This document shows positions 55,933 to 64,000 of a DNA stretch of 64,000 bases, in pieces. Positions within the stretch are counted from its first letter, which is position 1. Every line of letters starts with the position of its first letter. Origin of the DNA: Patescibacteria group bacterium (lineage in GTDB: Bacteria; Patescibacteriota; Minisyncoccia; UBA6257; GWB1-50-10); the NCBI GenBank assembly GCA_038065455.1, contig JBBTQX010000003.1, positions 24,253-88,252 of the forward strand, in the 5' to 3' direction. The translations under genes were made by a program, and so were the position numbers. The notes under the pieces are model-generated. The model did no database searches. It saw only the letters and a program-made list of their open reading frames with translations, and had not been told where the DNA came from.

Positions 55933-58462
55933 TCGTCTTCTCGATGAGGCGTTTTACCGGCCGCGCTCCGAAATCCGGGTCAAAGCCATTTTCCACGAGA
56001 TATTTTTTCACCTCGGGCCGGATACTCAGCGCGACATTTTTCTCCGCGAGACGCTTTTTTACCTCTTCGAGTTGGATGTCGACTATTTTTTCGACCGATT
56101 TGGGCGTAAGCGAATTGAAAATAATCGTCTCGTCGAGCCGATTCAGGAATTCCGGCCGGAAATTTTCGCGGAGCGATTGCAGGACATTCTCGCGGAATTT
56201 TTCCTCCCTGGTTTGGAATTCCTTTTCGTTTCCGCCGGACTTGAAGCCCAAAGACGAAATTTCGCGGAAGTATTCGCTTCCCACGTTCGAGGTGAGAATA
56301 ATCACGGTGTTTTTGAAATTCACCACCTTGCCCTTCGAGTCGGTGAGCCGGCCGTTGTCGAGTACTTGGAGCAAAATATTGAAGACCTCCGGATGGGCTT
56401 TTTCGATTTCGTCGAAAAGAATCAGGCTGTAGGGCCGGTGGCGCACTGTTTCCGTCAATTGTCCCCCTTCGTCGTGGCCGATATAGCCCGGCGGAGAACC
56501 GATGAGGCGCGAGACGGCGTGGCGTTCCATATATTCCGACATATCGATGCGCACGAGCGCCTTGTCATCGTTGAACATAAACTCCGCCAGTGCCCTGGCA
56601 AGCTCCGTCTTTCCCACGCCCGTGGGCCCGAGAAAGATGAAAGAACCCGAAGGCCGATCCTCGTCCGCGAGGCCCGCCCGCGAACGCCGAAGCGCCCGGC
56701 CGACCGCTTGAATCGCTTCTTCCTGGCCGACAACGCGCTCCCCGAGCGCTTCCTCGATGCGGGAGAGTTTCGTCATTTCGGATTCGAGCATCCGCGACAT
56801 CGGAATGCCGGTCCAGCGCGTCACAACGGCGGCAATATCCTCCTCGTCCACCACCTCTTTTATAAAGTTGTCTTTATTTTCTTTTTTGGATTTGTTTTTA
56901 TTGTCGTGCTTCTTTTCCAAGTCGGCATAGTGCTTCTCCAGTTTGGGCAATTCGCCGTAGCGGATTTGCGCCACCCGGTCGAAATCGCCTTCGCGTTCGG
57001 CCACCTCGGCCACCCGCTTAAAATCCTCTATTTCCCGCCGGAGACCATGGAGATTTTCCACGCCGGTTTTTTCGCCCTGCCATTGAGAGGAAAGTTCTGC
57101 ATTATTTTCCTTGAGTTTTTTCAATTCCTTTTCCACTTGCTTCAAACGCAGGGATTTTTCTTTGGCGAGAGCGGATTTTTCCACTTCAAGGCGCGTGATT
57201 TCTTTCCTCATTACTTCGATGTCACGGGGCAGGCTGTCGGAATCGAGCCGGCGGGCCGCTGAAGCTTCGTCGATCAAGTCCACCGCTTTGTCGGGTAGAA
57301 AACGGTCGGTGATGTAACGGGCGCTCAAATTCACGGCGGCGATGATGGCATCATCGGTGATTTTCAAACTGTGATGCATTTCGTATTTTTCTTTGAGTCC
57401 GCGCAAAATCGAAATGGAGTCCTCCACCGACGGCTCTTCAACCAATATCGGCTGAAATCTGCGTTCCAGAGCCGCGTCTTTTTCGATGTGGCGCTGGTAT
57501 TCTTTGAGGGTGGTCGCGCCGATTGCGTGGAGCTCGCCGCGCGCGAGAGCGGGCTTCAAAAGATTCGAAGCATCGATTGCGCCCTCGGCCGCGCCCGCGC
57601 CCACGATCATATGGATTTCGTCGATGAACAGAATTATCTTCCCGTTGGAATTCTGGACTTCTTTCATAAAAGCCTTGAAGCGGTCCTCGAATTCCCCGCG
57701 AAATTTCGTGCCGGCGATAAGGGAGCCGATATCGAGCATCACCACCTCTTTGTTTTTGAGCGGTTCCGGCACTTCGCCCGCCACTATCTTCTGGGCCAAG
57801 CCCTCCACGATAGCCGTTTTTCCCACGCCCGGCTCGCCGATTAGAACCGGATTATTCTTTGTGCGCCGGGAAAGAATTTGCTGGAGACGGCGCAATTCTT
57901 CCTCCCGACCGATGACCGGGTCGAGCTTTCCTTCGCGCGCCTTCTGGGTCAAATTCACGGCGTATTTTTCCAAGACCTGGAATTTGCTCTCCGGCGTTTC
58001 GTCCGTCACGCGGGCCGAGCCGCGAAGCTGAATCAGCGTTTTTCCCAAGACTTCCTTCCTCGCGCCGAAACGCGCGAGCATTTCCTGAGCCGAAGAAGCC
58101 ACCTCCGCCACCGCCATCAGCAGATGTTCGCAGGAAATAAATTCATCTTTGAATTTCATTGCGACCTCCCCCGCCTTATCCAATATTTTCATCAATTCCT
58201 GGGAGAGGTAGAGCTGGCTCACGCCGCCGCCCGAAAATATTTTGGGCAATTCATTCAAAATGCTTTCCATTGCGCGTTCCAATTCCGAAACATTTACGTT
58301 CGAGCGCACCAAAAGCGGCCGCACGAGCGTCTGTTCGTCGGACAAGAGCGCCGACAGAAGATGGAGCGCTTTGAGCTCGCCGTGATTCTGGCGCGCCACC
58401 ATATCTTGGGCGTTCTGGAGCGCCTCCTGCGCTTTTATCGTGAAACGATTGAAATTCGGCAT
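55829..58462 (-). CDS. clpB: ATP-dependent chaperone ClpB.
   Basis: Two AAA+ modules ([16 protein letters not shown] and [15 protein letters not shown] Walker A). Long middle coiled-coil domain. 877 aa. Confidence 0.9.
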   Translation of the reverse strand: MPNFNRFTIKAQEALQNAQDMVARQNHGELKALHLLSALLSDEQTLVRPLLVRSNVNVSELERAMESILNELPKIFSGGGVSQLYLSQELMKILDKAGEVAMKFKDEFISCEHLLMAVAEVASSAQEMLARFGARKEVLGKTLIQLRGSARVTDETPESKFQVLEKYAVNLTQKAREGKLDPVIGREEELRRLQQILSRRTKNNPVLIGEPGVGKTAIVEGLAQKIVAGEVPEPLKNKEVVMLDIGSLIAGTKFRGEFEDRFKAFMKEVQNSNGKIILFIDEIHMIVGAGAAEGAIDASNLLKPALARGELHAIGATTLKEYQRHIEKDAALERRFQPILVEEPSVEDSISILRGLKEKYEMHHSLKITDDAIIAAVNLSARYITDRFLPDKAVDLIDEASAARRLDSDSLPRDIEVMRKEITRLEVEKSALAKEKSLRLKQVEKELKKLKENNAELSSQWQGEKTGVENLHGLRREIEDFKRVAEVAEREGDFDRVAQIRYGELPKLEKHYADLEKKHDNKNKSKKENKDNFIKEVVDEEDIAAVVTRWTGIPMSRMLESEMTKLSRIEEALGERVVGQEEAIQAVGRALRRSRAGLADEDRPSGSFIFLGPTGVGKTELARALAEFMFNDDKALVRIDMSEYMERHAVSRLIGSPPGYIGHDEGGQLTETVRHRPYSLILFDEIEKAHPEVFNILLQVLDNGRLTDSKGKVVNFKNTVIILTSNVGSEYFREISSLGFKSGGNEKEFQTREEKFRENVLQSLRENFRPEFLNRLDETIIFNSLTPKSVEKIVDIQLEEVKKRLAEKNVALSIRPEVKKYLVENGFDPDFGARPVKRLIEKTIVDALADRIVRGLLKDGQKANIIINKSNRVEVTR

Positions 58463-58478
58463 AGGTTTATTATATCCG

Positions 58479-58507
58479 ATAATAGGGAATTTTTATAACA
58501 TTGGCAA
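58479..58507 (-). promoter_or_regulatory. Candidate clpB promoter TTGCCA-17-TATTAT on the minus strand, giving a leader of about 10 nt.
   Basis: Read from the sequence. Confidence 0.35.
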
Positions 58508-58527
58508 GAACCAATATTGAGTGCTAA
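58501..58527 (-). promoter_or_regulatory. CIRCE-like element overlapping the -35. TTAGCACTC-N9-TCTTGCCAA has one perfect half-site. Possible HrcA operator.
   Basis: Exact 9-mer TTAGCACTC with correct 9-nt spacing to a 5/9 partner half. An adjacent 7-bp palindrome ATGCCAA-TT-TTGGCAT lies at 58527..58542. Confidence 0.3.
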
Positions 58528-58555
58528 TGCCAATTTTGGCATATCGCGTCTTTCT

Positions 58556-59869
58556 CTATTCCGCGGGGCGTTCGGTGAGGATGACGGATAAATCCAAAGT
58601 TTTTTCCACTCTTCTAATCTTCGCCGAAATAGTCTCGCCGATAGAATAGCGCTGAATGAGATTTCCGAGCGAATTTTGGTCATCCACTTTTATTCCGTTT
58701 ATTTCCAAAATGACGTCTTCCGCTTGTATGCCCGCCTTCGCGGCCGGAGAATCCTTCAGGACTGCCGGGCCATCGTTCGAGCCGCGCACGAGCGCGCCAT
58801 AATTTACGGCCAATTTTTCCTTCTTTGCCAACTCTTCCGTCACCGCCATATATCGCACGCCGAGATAGGAGATTTTTATCGTTCCGGTATTCCGCATGGA
58901 GTTGATATCGCGCTTCGCCTGGTTGATCGGGATTGTGAAGCCGATACTTTGCGCCCCCTCGGCCACAGCCGTGTTGATACCGATAACTTCGCCTTTCAGA
59001 TTCAAAAGCGGTCCGCCGGAATTTCCTGGGTTGATGGCCGCGTCCGTCTGAATGACATTTGAGATGGTTTCCGTTCCGACGCTCGCGCCCGAAGCGGTGA
59101 TGGTGCGGGAAAGACCGGAAATCACCCCGACCGAAACCGTATTCCGAAATTCTCCCAAAGAATTGCCGATTGCGATGGCCGTCTGGCCGAGTTTCAGCGT
59201 ATCCGAATCGCCCAGCGCCACAACCGGCAGACTGGCCGCTTCGATTTTCAAAACTGCCAAATCCTGCATCGGGTCGCGGGCCAAAACCTTGGCGTCGTAC
59301 TTCTTGCCGCTGTTCATAACGACGGTATATTCAGCCGCGGTGTCCGCTACTACGTGCTTGTTCGTCAAAATCAATCCGTCCGCCGAAATTATGAAACCAC
59401 TGCCGCCGCCTACATCCTGTTTCTGCTTTTTCCCGCTGTCGCAAGACTGGGAAAAACCGCCGAACTGCCCGCCAAAAAAATCGCGGAACTCCGGCGGAAT
59501 ATTTCCGAATGGATACGTCTGACATTGCTCAATTACGGGCAAATCTTTCGAGACTACGACCGAAACGACGGAGGGCGAAGCTTTTTCCACCGCTTTCATC
59601 ACCGCTTCTTCATAGTCTATTGTCGGAACATAGGGAATTGCCTCGGTTTTTTTGGCTTCAATGGTTGAGGTTGGAGAATTAGAAAGCGTTCCGCCTCTCA
59701 CGAAATTCCAAACATCGTCGAGAAAATTCGCCTGAGCGAAACGGGAGGCCGCGATCGACCCGAAAAATCCGCCCACCAAACCGGCCACAATTACGATTAT
59801 TATGAATTTTTTATTAATCATTTTTAATAATTTTAAATTATAAGTTCTAAATTTTAATTTAATATCCAA
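58556..59869 (-). CDS. htrA: HtrA/DegP-family serine protease (trypsin-like domain plus PDZ domain).
   Basis: N-terminal TM helix. TNKHVV...GNSGGPLLNLKGEVIGINTA catalytic motifs. C-terminal PDZ domain. Confidence 0.8.
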   Translation of the reverse strand: MDIKLKFRTYNLKLLKMINKKFIIIVIVAGLVGGFFGSIAASRFAQANFLDDVWNFVRGGTLSNSPTSTIEAKKTEAIPYVPTIDYEEAVMKAVEKASPSVVSVVVSKDLPVIEQCQTYPFGNIPPEFRDFFGGQFGGFSQSCDSGKKQKQDVGGGSGFIISADGLILTNKHVVADTAAEYTVVMNSGKKYDAKVLARDPMQDLAVLKIEAASLPVVALGDSDTLKLGQTAIAIGNSLGEFRNTVSVGVISGLSRTITASGASVGTETISNVIQTDAAINPGNSGGPLLNLKGEVIGINTAVAEGAQSIGFTIPINQAKRDINSMRNTGTIKISYLGVRYMAVTEELAKKEKLAVNYGALVRGSNDGPAVLKDSPAAKAGIQAEDVILEINGIKVDDQNSLGNLIQRYSIGETISAKIRRVEKTLDLSVILTERPAE

Positions 59870-59939
59870 ATGAACAAATTTTTAAATTTTTGAACAATTA
59901 AAATTAAATTGAAATTTGAAATTTAGAATTGGGAAATTA

Positions 59940-60719
59940 TCAACGTATCTCGTACCTCAAAGTTACGTTCACTTTCACATCTTCCGAACCGGCCTCGATT
60001 GCCGGAGCAATAGATGCGTCGGCATTTTTCATCATTGATTCGCCACCCATACCATAAGCATATGATGCGGGTGTCGCCGAATTTTCGTAAATCTCGAGGA
60101 GCCGCCCGATACCGAAACCGCCGGCCCTCGCCAATTCTTTCGCTTTTATTTTGGCCTTGTCTATCGCCTCGGCGCGCGCATCGGCTCGAGCAGAATCCGG
60201 ATCATCGATGGTAAATTGGAGCTGGGAAACCGTGTTCGCGCCGCTCGCCACGATACCGCCCAGAATATCGCCGATGCTAGAAAAATCCCGGACCTTCACA
60301 TCCACATTTTGGGAAACGGTATAACCCACGATTTCCGCGGGCGGGCAAGGCTGAACGCTCGACTCGAGCGGCCGGTAGCAATTATAGCTCTGATAGCGCG
60401 GCGAGATATTGTAGTTCTGCGTTTTAATATCCTTTGCCTCGATGCCTTTCGATTTCACGAAATCAATCGCCTTGTTCATCTTCGTCATATTCTCCGTCTG
60501 GAGCGCTCCCAAATCTTTGCCGCCTTCGGTCATCACGCTGAAATTGAACTCGGCTACATCCGGCACGACAACCGTCTTTCCTTCGCCCGAAACCGAAAAA
60601 CTCCGAAAAGAGGTCGGCTGAGAATTCGCATAAGCGGACGAATAAACCCACACCGAGTAGGCTCCGGCCAAAAGCATAATGATTATTGCGACATACAAAT
60701 ACTGTTTTGTTTTCTCCAT
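59940..60719 (-). CDS. SIMPL/DUF541 domain protein (YggE-like).
   Basis: N-terminal TM helix followed by the SIMPL-domain pattern. 259 aa. Confidence 0.55.
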   Translation of the reverse strand: MEKTKQYLYVAIIIMLLAGAYSVWVYSSAYANSQPTSFRSFSVSGEGKTVVVPDVAEFNFSVMTEGGKDLGALQTENMTKMNKAIDFVKSKGIEAKDIKTQNYNISPRYQSYNCYRPLESSVQPCPPAEIVGYTVSQNVDVKVRDFSSIGDILGGIVASGANTVSQLQFTIDDPDSARADARAEAIDKAKIKAKELARAGGFGIGRLLEIYENSATPASYAYGMGGESMMKNADASIAPAIEAGSEDVKVNVTLRYEIR

Positions 60720-60800
60720 TTTTTTGTTTATTGTTTTTTTTGTTCAGCCCTTCGACAAAAGGGCATATGTGGGAATTGTAAAAAATCTTCCCGTTTATGT

Positions 60801-62162
60801 CTAACGGAGGATTTTGCCGATTCGTTTCAGGGCTTCTTTTATTTCGCCTGTTCCAAGCGTTTTTCCGAAGCTGAAGCGCAGACTTCCCCGCACTCTTTCC
60901 TGGGGCAAGCCGAGTGCTTGAAGCACGGGCGAAGGAACGTAGGAGCGGGCGGAGCAAGCCGAACCAGCCGAAACCGCAATGCCGGCCATATCCAATTTAA
61001 CGAGCAGATCGCCCGCAAATTCCGTCGGGAAGTAAATATTCAGAATGTGCGGCGCATCGCTTTTGCCGTTGATTTCGGCTTGCGGATAGATTTTTTTGAG
61101 GCCCCGCCAAAATTCATCCCTAAGTGACTTTACTTCTTTCGTATTTTTGCTCCGGTCCTTTACCGCCAGTTCAACCGCTTTTCCGAAACCGATTATCGCC
61201 GGAATATTTTCCGTGCCGGAACGCAAACCAAACTCCTGCCCGCCACCCGTCACAATTGGTTTCACCAATTGCAAATTCGAATTTCTAAATCCTAAATCCG
61301 AAACACGGTTTTGAGTTTGGAATTTTGAATTTTGATTTTGTTTCGAATTTCGTGCTTCGAATTTCGTGCTTCGCATGTAAAGCGCTCCGACTCCCTTCGG
61401 GCCGTAAATTTTTTGGCCGGAAAGCGTCATTAAATCCACGCCAAGATTATCAACATCACAGTCAAAATAATTCAGAGCTTGGGCGGCATCAACGTGAAAA
61501 AGTGGGTACTTTTTCACCAAATCCGAATTTCTAAATCCTAAATCCGAAACACTTTTTTGAATTTGGTTTTTTGAATTTGGAATTTGTCCCGACCTTGTCG
61601 AGGATACTCGATGAAATCGGTATTTAGGATTTCGTGCTTCGGGCTTAGAATTTCTGAAATTGCGGATAATCTTTGCGATTTCGGCAATGGGCTGAATGCT
61701 CCCGATCTCGTTATTCACGTGCATCACGGAAACCAGGGCAGTCCGCTCATCCAATGCCTTTTCCAATTTTTTCAAATCCACAATGCCATTCTTGTCCACC
61801 GGGACATAAACTACTTCTATTCCCTCTTTCTCCAATTCGCGCGCCGTATCCAAAATGGATTCGTGTTCTATACAACCGACAATTATCTTTGGTAAAAAAA
61901 CTTTTACCGTCCCCCGCAGGGCAAGGTTATTCGCCTCCGTCGCCGAGCCGGTGAAAATAATATTCCGGAAATCCGCGCCCACGGCCTTAGCAACTGCGCC
62001 CCTAGCCTTATCCATCGCGCCCATTGCCTCCTGGCCGAAAGAATGAAGCGAGCCCGGATTACCGAACTTCTCCGCAAAATAGGGCATCATTACCTTCAAA
62101 ACTGCCGGCTCCACCGGAGTCGAAGCGGCATAATCCAAATAGATTCGGGATGGTTTGTTCAT
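60801..62162 (-). CDS. Cysteine desulfurase (class V aminotransferase, IscS/NifS-like) carrying two in-frame low-complexity insertions.
   Basis: YLDYAASTPV...SGQKIYGPKGVGALY...GGGQEFGLRSGTENIP conserved blocks. Insertions of about 45 and about 30 aa each contain VSDLGFRNS. Confidence 0.7.
   Translation of the reverse strand: MNKPSRIYLDYAASTPVEPAVLKVMMPYFAEKFGNPGSLHSFGQEAMGAMDKARGAVAKAVGADFRNIIFTGSATEANNLALRGTVKVFLPKIIVGCIEHESILDTARELEKEGIEVVYVPVDKNGIVDLKKLEKALDERTALVSVMHVNNEIGSIQPIAEIAKIIRNFRNSKPEARNPKYRFHRVSSTRSGQIPNSKNQIQKSVSDLGFRNSDLVKKYPLFHVDAAQALNYFDCDVDNLGVDLMTLSGQKIYGPKGVGALYMRSTKFEARNSKQNQNSKFQTQNRVSDLGFRNSNLQLVKPIVTGGGQEFGLRSGTENIPAIIGFGKAVELAVKDRSKNTKEVKSLRDEFWRGLKKIYPQAEINGKSDAPHILNIYFPTEFAGDLLVKLDMAGIAVSAGSACSARSYVPSPVLQALGLPQERVRGSLRFSFGKTLGTGEIKEALKRIGKILR
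61264..61376. repeat. Palindromic repeat element copy A, inserted in frame in the cysteine desulfurase gene.
   Basis: Shares CACCAA..GAATTTCTAAATCCTAAATCCGAAACAC...TTTCGTGCTTCG with copy B. Contains the AAATTCGAATTT palindrome. Confidence 0.5.
61514..61640. repeat. Palindromic repeat element copy B, inserted in frame in the same gene.
   Basis: Internal inverted repeat CTAAATCCTAAATCCGAAA ... TATTTAGGATTTCG. Homologous to copy A. Confidence 0.5.
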
Positions 62163-62815
62163 TATTGCTTCCCCATCAGGCTTTTCAGAATACTGTCCAC
62201 GATTTCTTTTCCTTTCGGATTCTCTTCGCAGGCGGCGAGGAGTTTAGTTAATTTTTTCCGGTGCCCCCAGGAGAGCGACGCGCCTTCGGAGCTTTTTGTT
62301 TTTCCGTTCGGCAATCCGTTCAAGGGGAAAAATTTCGCTTTTTCTATTGCCTCATCCCGCTCTTTGCCCGGAGCGGATTTCGGTTCGTCTTGGGCGACGA
62401 CGAGAAAAAACTTATCTTCGTGAAATTGCGCACCGGGCCGCTCTGAAGGTATTCGGATCGAAACCGAAAGTTCCGGATCAATGAGTTCTTTATCGAACGT
62501 GAGGCCGGCTTCTTCTTCAAATTCGCGATGCGCCGTAGCGACAAGATCGGAATCTTTTTGCGGATTAAAATGACCCATCGGCATCTTCCAGACTTTTTCT
62601 TCGACGAAAACGCCGCCGGTCTTCTGAGCGTTCTTCTCGCCCGGTTTCTGGAGAACTAAAAGGAGCTGCGGTTCGTTTTTTCCGAACTTTATATAGGCCA
62701 CGCCGGCCGAATAGCTAACTATTGGATCCATCGCTCTTGCCGTAAAAGCCGCCGATGTTCGCGCGACGGAAAATTTCGAGAATAACCGTGAGACCGATGC
62801 CGGAAATAACGGCAA
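62162..62815 (-). CDS. Nudix hydrolase.
   Basis: Nudix box GHFNPQKDSDLVATAHREFEEEAGL. The likely true start is an internal Met near 62731. Confidence 0.6.
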   Translation of the reverse strand: MPLFPASVSRLFSKFSVARTSAAFTARAMDPIVSYSAGVAYIKFGKNEPQLLLVLQKPGEKNAQKTGGVFVEEKVWKMPMGHFNPQKDSDLVATAHREFEEEAGLTFDKELIDPELSVSIRIPSERPGAQFHEDKFFLVVAQDEPKSAPGKERDEAIEKAKFFPLNGLPNGKTKSSEGASLSWGHRKKLTKLLAACEENPKGKEIVDSILKSLMGKQ

Positions 62816-63194
62816 AGGCGGTCAGACCGATACCGCAAAGTACGCCGATCGCGGCCACAAACCAGACGGTCGCGGCAGTCGTAAGTCCCCGCACGTGGAT
62901 GCCGTACTTCACGATAATGCCGGTACCGAGAAAACCGACGCCGATAATGATATTCGCGATAACGGTCAGAAATCCGCTATTCCGAGCAATAATCTCGGGC
63001 AGATTTTCGGGCGAGACGGCGACGAGATATGGCAACGAGAGGCCGGCAATCGTGAAAATCGCCGCGCCAGCCGCAACCATCATATCGGTGCGCAAGCCCG
63101 CTTCCTTGCCCGCAATTTCCCGTTCAAGACCGATTATAATTCCCAAAAGAACCGCCAACCCCAAGCGCAACAGCATTTGTTCCAAAGTAAGCAT
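62715..63194 (-). CDS. MgtC/SapB-family membrane protein.
   Basis: LAVLLGIIIGLEREIAGKEAGLRT matches the MgtC N-terminal motif. 159 aa. Confidence 0.65.
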   Translation of the reverse strand: MLTLEQMLLRLGLAVLLGIIIGLEREIAGKEAGLRTDMMVAAGAAIFTIAGLSLPYLVAVSPENLPEIIARNSGFLTVIANIIIGVGFLGTGIIVKYGIHVRGLTTAATVWFVAAIGVLCGIGLTAFAVISGIGLTVILEIFRRANIGGFYGKSDGSNS

Positions 63195-63205
63195 GATTTT
63201 TATAT

Positions 63206-63805
63206 TTAAACTAATTCCTCTTTTTCGCTGATATCTCCTCCGGCAGACTTATCTTTTAAATTGTCGACTTTTTCCTCTCCGGGAAATAGATTTTTGACCT
63301 CTTTCCTATACCAAGCTATGAGAGGCGCCACTTTCATGGCTACCTCGGTTCCATAGTCGTGGCTAATATTAGCAAAAAGAAAATCCATGGAACCTCCCGG
63401 GTCCGGCGCATTTTCGTCGGGAGAAGAAATTTGGGAACCGAAAAGGATTCCTAGACCATGACGCAGAACATCCAACATCGCACTCAATTCGGAATCGGTC
63501 CATCCGGTTTTTTCCTGTATCTCCACCTTCGCTTTCAAAGCTTTAGTTTTATTGGTTACTAATTCATTAAAATATTTCCTGGCTTCGTCCAATTCCTTGC
63601 GAGTGATTTCTTCTATTATTGTCTTCCCTTCTCCTAGAATCTCCTTTTCTCTTTCACTATCCACATTTTTCTCGAAAATATCTCCGGCAGAAATATCACC
63701 CGACAATATTTTATTGGCGATGCCGATATTTTCCTCCATTGTTTTTTGCTCTTCCGGATGAAGCATTTTTATCTCGTCTTCAGGCATATTGGCGTATTCT
63801 ATCAT
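63206..63805 (-). CDS. Hypothetical acidic protein.
   Basis: ORF only. No recognisable motif. Confidence 0.3.
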   Translation of the reverse strand: MIEYANMPEDEIKMLHPEEQKTMEENIGIANKILSGDISAGDIFEKNVDSEREKEILGEGKTIIEEITRKELDEARKYFNELVTNKTKALKAKVEIQEKTGWTDSELSAMLDVLRHGLGILFGSQISSPDENAPDPGGSMDFLFANISHDYGTEVAMKVAPLIAWYRKEVKNLFPGEEKVDNLKDKSAGGDISEKEELV

Positions 63806-63806
63806 T

Positions 63807-64000
63807 TTAATATTTCGGATTTTCCTCTTTTATTTTTTTCTTATAATTGGCGTACCGCGCAAGCGCAAAAAGAATGCTTGAAAGCCGATTCAGATATTGG
63901 AGCGTCTCCGCCGGCAATTTCTTCTTTTTATTGTTGAATCGCACAGCCGAGCGCTCCGCTCGCCGAGCGATGACCCGGGCGACATCTAATCGCGCCGAAA
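63807..64000 (-). CDS. Partial PduO-type ATP:cob(I)alamin adenosyltransferase. Only the C-terminal end is present; the gene continues beyond the window.
   Basis: Minus-strand frame reads ...RLDVARVIARRAER...LNRLSSILFALARYAN..., matching the PduO-type ATR C-terminus. The stop lies at 63807..63809. Confidence 0.45.
   Translation of the reverse strand, partial: SARLDVARVIARRAERSAVRFNNKKKKLPAETLQYLNRLSSILFALARYANYKKKIKEENPKY

Noticed and set aside
59870-59939. AT-rich region with inverted repeats CTAAATTTTAATTTAA / TTAAATTGAAATTTGAAATTTAG between htrA and the SIMPL gene, considered as a mobile element end or operator.
   Set aside because: It is low-complexity AT-rich sequence where such symmetry arises easily, and there is no second copy in the window. 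It is more likely a promoter/terminator spacer.
60720-60800. Hairpin GCCCTT-CGACAA-AAGGGC as a terminator between iscS-like and SIMPL genes.
   Set aside because: The adjacent T run is on the wrong side for either strand, so it does not fit an intrinsic terminator on the minus strand where both genes lie.
1-64000. CRISPR arrays, tRNA or rRNA genes.
   Set aside because: No regularly spaced direct repeats were found. No cloverleaf-like or rRNA-like conserved segments were seen. The intergenic repeats found are two dispersed TIR elements and two intragenic palindromic elements, not arrays.

Overview
This window is one very large cell-surface glycan biosynthesis locus, running from about nt 1 to 48.8 kb. 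From 5.0 to 48.8 kb it is almost entirely on the minus strand, with tightly packed or 4-nt-overlapping genes. The window carries at least 9 glycosyltransferases (GT2, GT4, GT9), 7 NAD-dependent epimerase/dehydratases and about 8 SAM methyltransferases, including two TylCIII-like sugar C-methyltransferases, FkbM and CmcI types. It also carries a DegT aminotransferase, a NodU/CmcH carbamoyltransferase followed by two small SxtJ/SxtK-like membrane proteins, two SGNH hydrolases, and a TPP-dependent E1 alpha/beta pair. A complete GDP-D-glycero-alpha-D-manno-heptose pathway is present (gmhA, HddA-like kinase, fused HddC-GmhB) together with a GT9 heptosyltransferase. Further genes are wecB plus a nucleotide-sugar dehydrogenase, and Wzy/WaaL-like membrane proteins. 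Three secreted wall-associated proteins follow; two carry a PG_binding_1 module plus a coiled coil and one is 1135 aa. A housekeeping block ends the window: clpB, htrA, a SIMPL protein, a cysteine desulfurase, Nudix, MgtC and a partial PduO-type adenosyltransferase. Core genes mostly lack Shine-Dalgarno sequences and overlap by ATGA/GTGA, a pattern compatible with a CPR/Patescibacteria-like or similar small-genome bacterium. That taxonomic placement is low-confidence inference. No rRNA, tRNA or CRISPR array was found. The four most unusual observations follow. (1) A cysteine desulfurase gene carries two homologous palindromic repeat elements inserted in frame. (2) A 118-121 bp element family with 12-bp terminal inverted repeats and a conserved hairpin sits directly against the ATG of two glycosyltransferase-cluster genes. 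(3) A 2.8 kb SD-bearing island with consensus sigma70 promoters interrupts the heptose pathway between the epimerase/dehydratase gene and gmhA. It carries a SemiSWEET, a DUF218 gene and its frameshifted paralog, and an IS1595 remnant. (4) The gene mix implies a carbamoylated, C-methylated or C-branched, heptose-containing glycan, possibly decorating the adjacent surface proteins.
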